DNA from: a virus
Lineage: Duplodnaviria; Caudoviricetes
Virus record (IMG/VR): IMGVR_UViG_3300047283_000054
Reading direction: 5' to 3' (one strand)
Length of the DNA: 64,000 bases
Shown here: in pieces, positions 19,798 through 29,293 of the stretch
Numbering within the stretch: position 1 is the stretch's first letter
Layout of the letters: every line of letters starts with the position of its first letter
Notes under the pieces: model-generated
What the model was told of the DNA's origin: nothing
Databases searched by the model: none
The model's input: the letters and a program-made list of their open reading frames with translations, nothing else
Position numbers and translations under genes: made by a program

Positions 19798-20765
19798 GGT
19801 GCAACCTTATACGTTCCTAGATTAATAGCACAATGACATTCTCTGTATGGACAACTAATAGGATCTTTTTCAAAGCTAAATGTGTCTGTGTTTAAATCTG
19901 CCATCATTGTTCCGGCACCACATATACCTCTATATACTTTATCATATTCTATTCTAGCATTATCTACACCAATATTGCATTTCCAATTTTTGAATAGATT
20001 TCTCCTATCCTTCATTATTTTCTGAGCAGTTTCAATTTCTTCAATACTTCCATCACTATATGTGAATTTTAATTGAGAATTTAATTGCATATCAACGGGT
20101 AATTCAGTTTTGCATTTATCTTCATACTTGTTACCATAATACAATGTTTGTTTTCGTAGCTTAGCCAATTGTTCCGGTGTATATAGTTCGTAAATATCAT
20201 ATGCAACGATAGTCATTGCTTTACTATAAATCAATGCTCCTGTATTCTCAACAAAATAATCTACTGCATCAAATGCTTCTTCTACGGTTTTAATAACATG
20301 TGTTACCAAACATACAGTTTTAATAGGTTCGTTATGGAATAAATTTAATACTTTTGAAATGTGTTCTCTATCAGCTTTCTGTTCAGTATGAAAAGTTACA
20401 TATAAATGATCCAATGACTTTGATTCTTTGAATTCTTCCCACCATCTTAATGTGCGTGTTCCGTTGGTCACTATCCCAGTATATACACCTTTTGATTTAA
20501 TATATTTAAAAAGATCAATTAGTTTTGGATACAATGTAGGTTCGCCTCCTGTAAACTGTATCCATAATGGTTGTCCATTTGAAGCTGAAACCATCTTATC
20601 TATATACATCTTGTATGTGTCCAAGTCTCTCCATCTATCACTACCGTTTTTATGTTCTTCTCCGCAAAAACTACAATCATAGTTACAAACATTATGTAGT
20701 TTCCACTCAATGAATTTAAATTTAGGCGTAACTAATTTTTCTAATTTAATTGGAAATATCTTCAT
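19794..20765 (-). CDS. Radical SAM protein
   Basis: CNYDCSFC, TGGEP, C-terminal Cys cluster WKC...C...CPYRECHC. Confidence 0.9.
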   Translation of the reverse strand: MKIFPIKLEKLVTPKFKFIEWKLHNVCNYDCSFCGEEHKNGSDRWRDLDTYKMYIDKMVSASNGQPLWIQFTGGEPTLYPKLIDLFKYIKSKGVYTGIVTNGTRTLRWWEEFKESKSLDHLYVTFHTEQKADREHISKVLNLFHNEPIKTVCLVTHVIKTVEEAFDAVDYFVENTGALIYSKAMTIVAYDIYELYTPEQLAKLRKQTLYYGNKYEDKCKTELPVDMQLNSQLKFTYSDGSIEEIETAQKIMKDRRNLFKNWKCNIGVDNARIEYDKVYRGICGAGTMMADLNTDTFSFEKDPISCPYRECHCAINLGTYKVAP

Positions 20766-20768
20766 CAA

Positions 20769-21830
20769 CTATTTATAAAACCCTACAACCTTATCAGCAA
20801 TATATTGAACTTCAATATCGGTTAATTCTGGGTACATAGGTAGACTTAGTGCGCCCCTAGACAACATTACACTAGTACTTAACAAATCAGGTCTACTAAT
20901 GTTTCTATCTTGTGCGGTTGGTAAATCACCTAACACATATTCATAATGAATCTTACTATCGATTCCATCAGTTAGTAAATGCGTGTGTAAGCTATTACGA
21001 TCAGCCATATATACTACAAATTTCTGATGTGCGTGTGGGTCTACTGTATCTGATAAACAATGTAATGGTAGTTCTCTAAATTTATCACACCAATACTTTG
21101 CTATCTCACCTCTACGATTTTGCCACTCATCAATATACTTTGCACGAATCATAATCTGGGCACAATCTTGTTCGCTCATCTTACTATTAGTTCCCACATC
21201 ATGGAATGCAGGTTTGTTGTTGTCTCTATATGTTGCGGCAAACAAATATAATTGTTCATCATTGGTAACGATAGCACCACCGTTACCTGAGCTTGGTAAA
21301 TTCTTTGTAGGGTCAAAGCTGATTGACATACCACTACCTACATCACCGGCGGCAACTAACCAATGTTGTGCTCCATCTACAATAACAGCGTTGGCACTAG
21401 CATATCCTGCAATAGGCCAAGGTTTGCGACCACCATATCCCATTACACAAGTGTACCCTTTCAGACTATTCTCTACATCAATGACACCATTCTTATCAGT
21501 GTCAACTAACTCTACATCCCATCCTGCAGTCAGTAATGAGTTTAGTGTTGCTGGATAAGTTAAATTAGGAATACGAATCTTAGGAGTATTTTTAAATGTG
21601 TCTAAGTGTTTCTTTTTCTTATATCTTGCAATAATCTCTAATGCTTGTGTGCCACTATGTACTGTTACCGCATACTTTGTTTTAGTACGATGTTTAAGCC
21701 ATTCTTCAAACGAGCGGGTATAATGACCACCCACAAGTTGTCCGTCTTTAAGGGCACGGTGAGTTGCATCAAGCAACTCTTCACCGATGTTCTTATACTG
21801 TCTTGCTAGACCGAAGTGAGGGATTTGCAT
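20769..21830 (-). CDS. DegT/DnrJ/EryC1/StrS PLP-dependent NDP-sugar aminotransferase
   Basis: SGTQAL, DGAQH, SFDPTKNL (PLP lysine), GNGGAI, SLPMYP. Confidence 0.9.
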   Translation of the reverse strand: MQIPHFGLARQYKNIGEELLDATHRALKDGQLVGGHYTRSFEEWLKHRTKTKYAVTVHSGTQALEIIARYKKKKHLDTFKNTPKIRIPNLTYPATLNSLLTAGWDVELVDTDKNGVIDVENSLKGYTCVMGYGGRKPWPIAGYASANAVIVDGAQHWLVAAGDVGSGMSISFDPTKNLPSSGNGGAIVTNDEQLYLFAATYRDNNKPAFHDVGTNSKMSEQDCAQIMIRAKYIDEWQNRRGEIAKYWCDKFRELPLHCLSDTVDPHAHQKFVVYMADRNSLHTHLLTDGIDSKIHYEYVLGDLPTAQDRNISRPDLLSTSVMLSRGALSLPMYPELTDIEVQYIADKVVGFYK

Positions 21831-22002
21831 TTTTTGCCCAAGCTATATATCCGCCATTAGCAACAGACCATGGGCAATACTGTTCCCATAGTGCTTTTGA
21901 TTGTTCAGTATTTTCTTTCATCAACTTGTCTACATTGACTCTGGATTTATATCCGTCTAGAGTCCAATCATGTGCTTTTAGTACAGTTTCTAATTCATTC
22001 AT
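21793..22002 (-). CDS. Hypothetical protein
   Basis: 69-aa ORF translationally coupled between the epimerase and the aminotransferase. Confidence 0.55.
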   Translation of the reverse strand: MNELETVLKAHDWTLDGYKSRVNVDKLMKENTEQSKALWEQYCPWSVANGGYIAWAKNANPSLRSSKTV

Positions 22003-22967
22003 TTTATTTTATCTTGCCAGTAACTGGATGTTCTAAGCCAATCATAATATTTTTCAAAGCCTTCTTCTACGTCTACCTTAGGATCATATCCAAAGTCTCT
22101 ACGAGCGGCATCGATGTTTAATGCACCACGACTTGGGAAGTCAGCGTCTTTATCTTTAACTATTAATCGCCCTCCACCGGCTAACTTCAATGCTAGTTGT
22201 GCGGCTTCTAACAATGTACGACTGTGACTCTTAGTTATATTATATGTCTTGTTCTCTGTATTATCGCTTAATGCTGCCGCAACAATACCATCTGCGGCGT
22301 CATCAACATAAGTAAAGTCTAATGTTTCATTAGCACCATTAACATTCAATGTGCCTCCACGCATTGCTGTTAACATAAACTTGGCAATCACACGATCCTC
22401 AACATCTAACGGACCATAGACAGCACTAGGGCGAATGATAGTATGACTAAAGCATTTACGGCGACTATAATCTTCTACTAATCGTTCTCCTGCTAGTTTC
22501 ATAATGCCATACTGACCTTGAGGTTTACAGTTATAATCTTCTGTTACATCATCAGTAAAGTCACCATATACCATTGAACTACTGATATAAACAAATTTCT
22601 TTATTTCATGTTTCTTACTAACTTCACACAAATTCAATAGACCTTCCATCATTGTTTTTGCTCCCATAGTTGGATTAGCATTAACAACTTTTTGTCTTGG
22701 GAAGCTAGCCATATGAATTACAATATCAAACTTGTATCGACCAAATAACCAATCAATGCTTTCGCTAGAAATGTCAATAGCGTGAATACTGCCGGGTTGA
22801 ATTTTCTTCAACCGTTCTGTCATTAGATAGTCAATTTCATCTTGCGGAATGATGCCATAGTTAGTTCGTATATCGGTAATAGCAACACGGTGCCCCATAC
22901 GTTGTAATCTATCTACTACGTTATGTCCAATAAGTCCTAATCCGCCTGTAACTAATATATTACTCAT
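21999..22967 (-). CDS. NAD-dependent NDP-sugar epimerase/dehydratase
   Basis: GGLGLIG Rossmann motif, SSSMVYG, YGIMK (YxxxK), RPSAVYGP, DFTYVDD. Confidence 0.92.
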   Translation of the reverse strand: MSNILVTGGLGLIGHNVVDRLQRMGHRVAITDIRTNYGIIPQDEIDYLMTERLKKIQPGSIHAIDISSESIDWLFGRYKFDIVIHMASFPRQKVVNANPTMGAKTMMEGLLNLCEVSKKHEIKKFVYISSSMVYGDFTDDVTEDYNCKPQGQYGIMKLAGERLVEDYSRRKCFSHTIIRPSAVYGPLDVEDRVIAKFMLTAMRGGTLNVNGANETLDFTYVDDAADGIVAAALSDNTENKTYNITKSHSRTLLEAAQLALKLAGGGRLIVKDKDADFPSRGALNIDAARRDFGYDPKVDVEEGFEKYYDWLRTSSYWQDKIK

Positions 22968-23292
22968 ATTTTAATTTCCAAAATGTTAATTGTTTGTGTG
23001 TTAGATATGCTCTAATCTGATATACATAACTATAATCGTATAGATCGTTGTTACGATGCCAACTGGGTGTGGGATTAGAGTTTTCCATTATCCACTTACC
23101 TTCTTCTGTTTGTTGCCATTCATATATAGGTTGTGCCACCATTAGATCAGGATCTTCAACATCACCCATTCTAATAGTATGAACCACCTGAGTAATAGAT
23201 ACTGATTCTTCTCCTATATCAGATACTCGTACTTGATACTTGGGTCTATTAAATTCGTCTTTAGACTGCCATTGATGCTTTGATAGGGCCAT
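22960..23292 (-). CDS. Hypothetical protein
   Basis: 110-aa ORF; MGDVEDPDL...FWKLKYE. Confidence 0.65.
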   Translation of the reverse strand: MALSKHQWQSKDEFNRPKYQVRVSDIGEESVSITQVVHTIRMGDVEDPDLMVAQPIYEWQQTEEGKWIMENSNPTPSWHRNNDLYDYSYVYQIRAYLTHKQLTFWKLKYE

Positions 23293-24160
23293 GACTTTGA
23301 TAGTTCTCTAAATGAATGTCTTCCATTTTTATTTCAAAAATGTTATTCTTTTCTGCATTTAACATCAATGTAGGCAATGGATAAGTTTCACGCTGTAATT
23401 GTTCTTTGACTTGTTCAATATGATCTTTATAGATATGAGTATCACCTGTACTGATAACAAGCTCACCTACTTTTAGATTACAGTGATGTGCCAATAGATG
23501 TGTAAGTAATGCATAAGAAGCAATGTTAAAAGGTAAGCCCAAGAAAACATCAACGCTACGCTGATACATATGGCAAGATAGTTCTTTATTTTTGTTGACA
23601 TAGAATTGACTCATAACGTGACAAGGGGGCAAGGCCATTTCGTCTAACTCGCTCACGTTCCAGGCACTTAGAATGTGTCTGCGCCCATTAGGATCTTCAG
23701 TTAATCCTTTAATGAGATTTGCCAATTGGTCGACTTCTGTTTGGTCAACAGCGAGGCGTGTGCCACCTTTGTGCGCTTTGCCCATGTCTTTCTCTGTGCG
23801 ATACTTGTTCCAGTGACGCCATTGTACCCCATAGACACGACCGAGATCACCTTCGAATTTCGCTTTGTGTTTCCAATACGGAGCCTCTGCATTCGGGGTC
23901 CAGATAGTAGCCGTTCCTTCACGTGTACCGTGGGTGATCTCTGCCAGTCTACGTTCATCACTAGACCCTTCAATAAACCAGAGAAGCTCACCGACGCAAG
24001 CTTTCCAAGCAAGTTTCTTAGTAGTGACTGCGGGAAAGCCCCTACGCAAATCAAAGCGAAGATGACGTCCAAACACACTATGAGTGCCAATACCAGTTCT
24101 ATCATCTTTAATTTCTCCGTTATCTAAAATATCTTGTAGAAGTTCTAAATACTGTTTCAT
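23261..24160 (-). CDS. thyA: Thymidylate synthase (canonical dUMP-type)
   Basis: DRTGIGT, TTKK, ELLWF, LPPCH, YQRSVD, GLPFNIASY, DTHIY. Confidence 0.96.
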   Translation of the reverse strand: MKQYLELLQDILDNGEIKDDRTGIGTHSVFGRHLRFDLRRGFPAVTTKKLAWKACVGELLWFIEGSSDERRLAEITHGTREGTATIWTPNAEAPYWKHKAKFEGDLGRVYGVQWRHWNKYRTEKDMGKAHKGGTRLAVDQTEVDQLANLIKGLTEDPNGRRHILSAWNVSELDEMALPPCHVMSQFYVNKNKELSCHMYQRSVDVFLGLPFNIASYALLTHLLAHHCNLKVGELVISTGDTHIYKDHIEQVKEQLQRETYPLPTLMLNAEKNNIFEIKMEDIHLENYQSHGPIKASMAV

Positions 24161-24453
24161 AATTTACCTAATAGTCTGTCTGTCTCTGGTTGTACGGTGT
24201 CTGCAATACTTTGAACGTTGAGAACAAATTCTACACTCACTATTAGTTCATCTAGTTCATCTAGTTTGCGACTGACTGCTTCTTCTATTTGGTCTGGGTC
24301 TAATCCTTGTGATAGAAATTTTTGAATATTGATAGTCTGTTGTTTTTTACCTTGAAGTTTGATAATCAACTTCTTAATAAATTCTACAGGTATTTTATTC
24401 TTTTCTACATCTTCAAGGATATGTTCCCATTTTGAAATGAATTCTGGTGACAT
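24157..24453 (-). CDS. Hypothetical protein
   Basis: 98-aa ORF coupled to thyA. Confidence 0.7.
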   Translation of the reverse strand: MSPEFISKWEHILEDVEKNKIPVEFIKKLIIKLQGKKQQTINIQKFLSQGLDPDQIEEAVSRKLDELDELIVSVEFVLNVQSIADTVQPETDRLLGKL

Positions 24454-25118
24454 TAGACACTAACTTTTGCTCTTGGTTTTTTAACTTTAACTGGTTTTGT
24501 TTCTATAACTGCAGGTTCTGCAATAGTAGGATCTAAACTTTTTGCCTCATCGGTCAAACGCTTTGCTTCTGCTAGTAAGCCTTTAGCTTCACGTTCCATT
24601 TTTTGTGCTTGCTCTAATCGTTGTTTTGCTAGTGAAGCATCACCAAGTAAATCACCAGTTGGTGTTACTGGGTTTTGATTGCCACGCATTCTACGAACTA
24701 CATCAGCCGGATCTTGCATTCCACGACTGTCATCTAATTCTTGCAAACGCTTAACTGCGCTTTCACCTTGTTGCATCTCATCTAGTATCTTATTCAATTC
24801 ATCTAATCGAATTGTTTGATTTGGTGAGGGTGTCATAACAATTGCCGATGTTTGAACCTTCTTTAGTTGACCCTCTAAGTGTAATACCTGTAGAATTGGT
24901 CTACCATCTTTGGCATATGTTCTATTCAATGCGTCTGCTAAATGTTCGCTATTTTGTCCAATATCACTCTCAATGCATTTGATTAGTGGATCGTGAACGT
25001 GCTGATTTAATGTCTCTGTATATGTGACTAAGCACATATGAACTTCATTAGGCACTTCTCGAAATACTATTGCGACTTTCCTATCTCCGTGTTTACCAAC
25101 GTGTCGTGTAAAACTCAT
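24453..25118 (-). CDS. Hypothetical protein
   Basis: 221-aa ORF with SD GAGGAG and a basic C-terminal tail. Confidence 0.75.
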   Translation of the reverse strand: MSFTRHVGKHGDRKVAIVFREVPNEVHMCLVTYTETLNQHVHDPLIKCIESDIGQNSEHLADALNRTYAKDGRPILQVLHLEGQLKKVQTSAIVMTPSPNQTIRLDELNKILDEMQQGESAVKRLQELDDSRGMQDPADVVRRMRGNQNPVTPTGDLLGDASLAKQRLEQAQKMEREAKGLLAEAKRLTDEAKSLDPTIAEPAVIETKPVKVKKPRAKVSV

Positions 25119-25180
25119 AGTTGTGTTCTCCTCTTATATAAGCTTAAGATATTTAATACAAATTAATGTATCAAATATTT

Positions 25181-26419
25181 TTATTGGATAGTATGATAAC
25201 CCCATTGTTTGCTAAAATATGAATTAATAGTTTTTTGGGCATCTGTGTTATTAGTTAAATCAACCCCACAACAATAGTAATGATATATTCCGGTACCTTG
25301 TTTACTAAAATTTACATCCTGTAACCAGGGATTGAATCCTCCAAAACCCACACCATCGGTAACATCTATTAAGTGTTTATTTACTGCTTCCATAAATGCA
25401 GTAATTTTTAATAATTGCATTCGTTTATCAGTATGGGGTGTAAATACATTTGACCAAACATTATTAATTACATTTTCCCAAAAAGTAGAAGGTACATAAC
25501 CTACACCCATGTCAGTTATAACTGGGTGCGTTATTAGAATAAATTTCTTACCATATACCATGTGAAAATTCTTAATCAATTGAATTTGATTTTTATTGGA
25601 TGCATCATTAAAATATAAATTTATAATTGTTTTCAAATCATATATCGGAGTTTTAGATAATGTTTCATTCAAATTAATACTAGCGTAGTCAACGTGATTC
25701 CAAATTGATGTTGGCATCATTAAGTATGTGGTGTACGACAATTTGCCCGAATACACTTTTCTAATCTCAGAAATTAACTGTTGCCAATAATATAAATGTT
25801 CATATGATTCTAAGTTATAGTTACCCTCACTGATAAAAATACCTTGTACTTTGTATTGTTCAGCAGTTATTGCAATTTTTCGTTGATATTCAATGATGTT
25901 GTTAAACATTGATTGTTCGGTATATTTATTAAAATCCGGTGTCAACAATACATCAGTAACACTATCTACAATTTGTAGTGACAACCATACTTGTAATCCT
26001 TGAGATTTTATATACTCAACTAATTTCCAAGTATCTTTGGGAATTGTTTTATCAGTGTTTGCTGTATCATAAAGACTAATACGTCCAGTATGTTTGTTAA
26101 TGGGTGTTTGCAATTGTACAATAATCCCAGTAAATCCTATTTGTTTAATTTTATCAATTGCTGGTTTTACTGATTCGAATGAAGTAGTATGATATCCATT
26201 AATGTCAAATGATTGATTTTTTGATGTATCATATCTGTAATCAAGCTGTGCCAATCTAAATTTATCTACTGATATAGTAGTAGGAGTTTCAAACTGCGAA
26301 ATAGGTTTTATTATTGGAGTAGGGCTTGGGTCTGGTTGGGGAGATCCCCCATCTCCACCACCTCCGCAACCAGTTAGAATAACACTCAATGCCAATAAGC
26401 TTGCAATAATTTTTTTCAT
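25181..26419 (-). CDS. Lipoprotein with GH113-like TIM-barrel domain
   Basis: Lipobox LTGC-GGGG, P-rich linker, WQQLISEIRKVYSGKLSY...WNHVDY resembling GH113/GTA TIM barrels. Confidence 0.6.
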   Translation of the reverse strand: MKKIIASLLALSVILTGCGGGGDGGSPQPDPSPTPIIKPISQFETPTTISVDKFRLAQLDYRYDTSKNQSFDINGYHTTSFESVKPAIDKIKQIGFTGIIVQLQTPINKHTGRISLYDTANTDKTIPKDTWKLVEYIKSQGLQVWLSLQIVDSVTDVLLTPDFNKYTEQSMFNNIIEYQRKIAITAEQYKVQGIFISEGNYNLESYEHLYYWQQLISEIRKVYSGKLSYTTYLMMPTSIWNHVDYASINLNETLSKTPIYDLKTIINLYFNDASNKNQIQLIKNFHMVYGKKFILITHPVITDMGVGYVPSTFWENVINNVWSNVFTPHTDKRMQLLKITAFMEAVNKHLIDVTDGVGFGGFNPWLQDVNFSKQGTGIYHYYCCGVDLTNNTDAQKTINSYFSKQWGYHTIQ

Positions 26420-26661
26420 GACCATTTCAATTCATAAAATGTAGCATCTTTGGAATCTTCAAATGCTACGTTACCTAAATAATATTCTACCAAAAACAAT
26501 TGATTGGTTTGAATAATACAAAATCTACCTTTAAGATTATCTAATACCCATTGTTTAGAATCTACTGTCAAAGGAGTAGAAACTAAAATAAAATGTTTTG
26601 GACAAAAGTCTACCTGTCTTTTACCAAACCAAATATAAGGATCAATCTTATATTCAGTCAT
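26416..26661 (-). CDS. Hypothetical protein
   Basis: 81-aa ORF, coupled. Confidence 0.65.
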   Translation of the reverse strand: MTEYKIDPYIWFGKRQVDFCPKHFILVSTPLTVDSKQWVLDNLKGRFCIIQTNQLFLVEYYLGNVAFEDSKDATFYELKWS

Positions 26662-27080
26662 TTTGTTAAAGTATCCAACATCTTGTATTTTTCATAAGCT
26701 TCAACTACTGCAGGAGTAGAGTTGGTGTTAGTTGGAACCACTTGCATCCACAACCCACTACCATATTCAGCAGGATGCTGATATGCAACACCAAACCCAC
26801 CTTCTTCAACAAAAACCCTAGGTTGATGTATCTTACCCAAATAGTATAATCTACTAGCCATTTCAATTACGTCATCCAGTGATGATTCGCTCAAATCATA
26901 ACGAGATGGTTTACGTGCATATAGATTACCTTCTGCATAGTATTGCTTAACTACATCAATATATTTGTCAAATGTAGGGCACATTGTGCGTGTCACAATG
27001 AACATAACCTCATCGATGGACACTTCGTTTGCCATTAGACTTTGTAAACACCCACCGAGGCTTGTACCAATATACATCAT
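26658..27080 (-). CDS. Hypothetical protein
   Basis: 140-aa ORF; IGTSLGGC...GKIHQPR. Confidence 0.7.
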   Translation of the reverse strand: MMYIGTSLGGCLQSLMANEVSIDEVMFIVTRTMCPTFDKYIDVVKQYYAEGNLYARKPSRYDLSESSLDDVIEMASRLYYLGKIHQPRVFVEEGGFGVAYQHPAEYGSGLWMQVVPTNTNSTPAVVEAYEKYKMLDTLTK

Positions 27081-27451
27081 ACAATCATCTTTCTATTACT
27101 TTTAACATAGTCACTATACACTTTTTTGCCGTTCTCTCTAATCCATTCAACAACGGGTTGAGGGTCATCATTAAATACTTCTGTGAGTTCCTTATATCCC
27201 ATTGTGCTAGCGAATTCGTAAATCTCATACGAACGTTGGCTATTCACCTTTGCTCGTAATATCATATGCTGTAATGGAATAGCAGGTGGCTTTTCTGGAA
27301 TACGTTGTTCCTTAAGAATAGCAACAACTTTTAGTTTTTCCCATTCATTATACTGATCCATATAGGAGTCAACATCAAACAGGCACTCAAGACCTTGCAT
27401 ATCCCACATTGCAAGATAGTGTTTAGTTTTCTTCTTTCTTAAGGATGACAT
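27077..27451 (-). CDS. Hypothetical protein
   Basis: 124-aa ORF; MWDMQGLE...RAKVNSQRSYEIY. Confidence 0.7.
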   Translation of the reverse strand: MSSLRKKKTKHYLAMWDMQGLECLFDVDSYMDQYNEWEKLKVVAILKEQRIPEKPPAIPLQHMILRAKVNSQRSYEIYEFASTMGYKELTEVFNDDPQPVVEWIRENGKKVYSDYVKSNRKMIV

Positions 27452-27671
27452 ATAACATCTCTGCTTTGTTAATTGCGTTTGCCAATGAAGGTTCTGTTTC
27501 TGCTAGTTTAAGAATTTCTTTCCACTCATACCATTTTGTAATGTAATTTTGTGATGTATCTTCTTTAATTAGTGTTCGGTCCGACGATCCACTCTTACGT
27601 GAGTAGATCGTCTTACCACCATCCGGGCTTTCGTAAATGATTATTTCCTCACTAGACTTAATCATCGACAT
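27423..27671 (-). CDS. Hypothetical protein
   Basis: 82-aa ORF; IYESPDGGKTIY. Confidence 0.65.
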   Translation of the reverse strand: MSMIKSSEEIIIYESPDGGKTIYSRKSGSSDRTLIKEDTSQNYITKWYEWKEILKLAETEPSLANAINKAEMLYVILKKEEN

Positions 27672-27768
27672 CTTTTATCATTCCTAAAAATCTAATTAAG
27701 GCAATAACAAAAAGCCAACATAAGCCTAATATAAGTATTGAAATTATAATATAGTCAAGCCAACTCAT
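27658..27768 (-). CDS. Small single-TM membrane protein (MSWLDYIIISILILGLCWLFVIALIRFLGMIKDVDD)
   Basis: Manually found 36-aa ORF filling the gap; its ATG overlaps the vWA gene stop. Confidence 0.55.
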   Translation of the reverse strand: MSWLDYIIISILILGLCWLFVIALIRFLGMIKDVDD

Positions 27769-29045
27769 TATTTTTCATCATAGATAGCATACGTACCGAA
27801 TGGGGGATTCGGATTCTTATCACCATGAATGATCCAAGTAGTATCACAATAGTCTGGATCACCCCAACTACCACAGGGATATCCATCAGTGAAAACAATC
27901 AATCGTTTTGGATCAATAGCGTTATCTTTCAGATACTTAAAGATACAATCAAAGTCAGTGCCACCACCTCCCATTGGCTCATATTCTTCAATGCTTTCCA
28001 TATTCTCACTAGAGAAATCTTTCGGGTTATATGTATCAGTATCAAAGCAGAATACGTGAACCTTATAACCATCAAACGCATCCATCATACCACCAATTTC
28101 ACCTAAGAATTGTTGAGCTTGTTTGTTGCTAATTGAACCTGACATATCAATAGATACTACAACATCAATTTCCTCTCCCGGTGTCATACCGGGCATAATA
28201 GCATCCATATGCCAACCTCTACGTGAGGGACGCATCCAACTGTAATCTGTACGAATGGCACTTGTCAAATTAGTTTGAATCAGTTCACGCCAGGGCATAA
28301 CTGGGTTAGTATGCTGACGGATCAATCGTTCGACACCTAAGGGCAACTGACCTGCTTCTGCACTTTGTGCGGCATTGATAATAGCTTGCTTAACTTCCTG
28401 ACGTACACGCTCACGTTCCTCAGCACTCATTGAGGGACGCTTGCCTTTACCCTCTTTATCTCCATCACCTTCACTATCGCCATCTCCGTCACCATCCATA
28501 TGATCGTCAATCATCTGATCCAACAAATCTTCAATAGAGATTTTCTGTACATTTTTCATCAAATCATCATAGATAGCTTCTGCGGCTTTACCATCATATT
28601 TTGATTCATACAAGCAAGGTACAGTAGTAATGAATTGGCCAACTTTGTGACGTTTCAAATCTGCATTGACTGCATAGTCATCAGCAATATTCCAGATTTC
28701 AGGATCACGATTATCACGGCGACCCATATGATCGTACACCACGTGCAATACTTCGTGACCAACTAGAAACTCAACTTCTTTCGGCTTCAACATCATAATG
28801 AAGCGACTATTATAATAAAACTTCTGACCATCAGTTGCCGCAGTACTACACCATAGATCGGCATTAATCAATTGCATACGTGTGGCAAGATTGCCAAAGA
28901 ATGAATGACGTAATAGTAAACCAATACGTGCGGTTACTAAACGTTCACGTGCTAGTGCATCAATTTTGCTATCTGTAGGTCCTACTAGATTTTCAAATTT
29001 CTTACTACGACTACGTTTTTTAGTGGGATTAAGTACTTCGCTCAT
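27768..29045 (-). CDS. Metallopeptidase-vWA domain protein (DUF2201-like), MoxR partner
   Basis: TAATDG, HEVLH (HExxH), WNIADD, MIDAS-like DMSGS, GGGGTDF, VFTDG. Confidence 0.85.
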   Translation of the reverse strand: MSEVLNPTKKRSRSKKFENLVGPTDSKIDALARERLVTARIGLLLRHSFFGNLATRMQLINADLWCSTAATDGQKFYYNSRFIMMLKPKEVEFLVGHEVLHVVYDHMGRRDNRDPEIWNIADDYAVNADLKRHKVGQFITTVPCLYESKYDGKAAEAIYDDLMKNVQKISIEDLLDQMIDDHMDGDGDGDSEGDGDKEGKGKRPSMSAEERERVRQEVKQAIINAAQSAEAGQLPLGVERLIRQHTNPVMPWRELIQTNLTSAIRTDYSWMRPSRRGWHMDAIMPGMTPGEEIDVVVSIDMSGSISNKQAQQFLGEIGGMMDAFDGYKVHVFCFDTDTYNPKDFSSENMESIEEYEPMGGGGTDFDCIFKYLKDNAIDPKRLIVFTDGYPCGSWGDPDYCDTTWIIHGDKNPNPPFGTYAIYDEK

Positions 29046-29071
29046 ATTGGTCCTTTACTGTTTATGTGTAT

Positions 29072-29100
29072 ATTATAGCAGAATTTCTATTTATTGTCAA
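29072..29100 (-). promoter_or_regulatory. Sigma70-type early promoter TTGACA-17-TATAAT
   Basis: Perfect consensus. Confidence 0.88.
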
Positions 29101-29249
29101 ATAGACAAGCCACGATATCCTGCATCAAATGCAATCCTAGCGTAATCCTGTGCGGACTCAATAGCATACAAGGCCATTCCTTGGTCCTTTGATAAACCTT
29201 TTGCTCGGGCACTTTGCCCCAATGCGTAAAAATATTTCTTACCTGACAT
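29097..29249 (-). CDS. Small hypothetical protein, 50 aa (MSGKKYFYALGQSARAKG...AFDAGYRGLSI)
   Basis: Manually found ORF with SD AAAGGAA; its TGA stop lies inside the next TTGACA. Confidence 0.6.
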   Translation of the reverse strand: MSGKKYFYALGQSARAKGLSKDQGMALYAIESAQDYARIAFDAGYRGLSI

Positions 29250-29260
29250 TATATTCCTTT

Positions 29261-29287
29261 AAAAAAGGGTGAGCATTACACTCACCC
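29261..29287 (-). terminator. Intrinsic terminator after the MoxR gene
   Basis: GGGTGAG/CTCACCC stem followed by a U run on the minus strand. Confidence 0.7.
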
Positions 29288-29293
29288 ATTAAA

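Noticed and set aside
23261-24160. thyA as a dCMP hydroxymethylase for DNA hypermodification
   Set aside because: It retains canonical TS motifs, including the dUMP-specifying Asn in PFNIASY.
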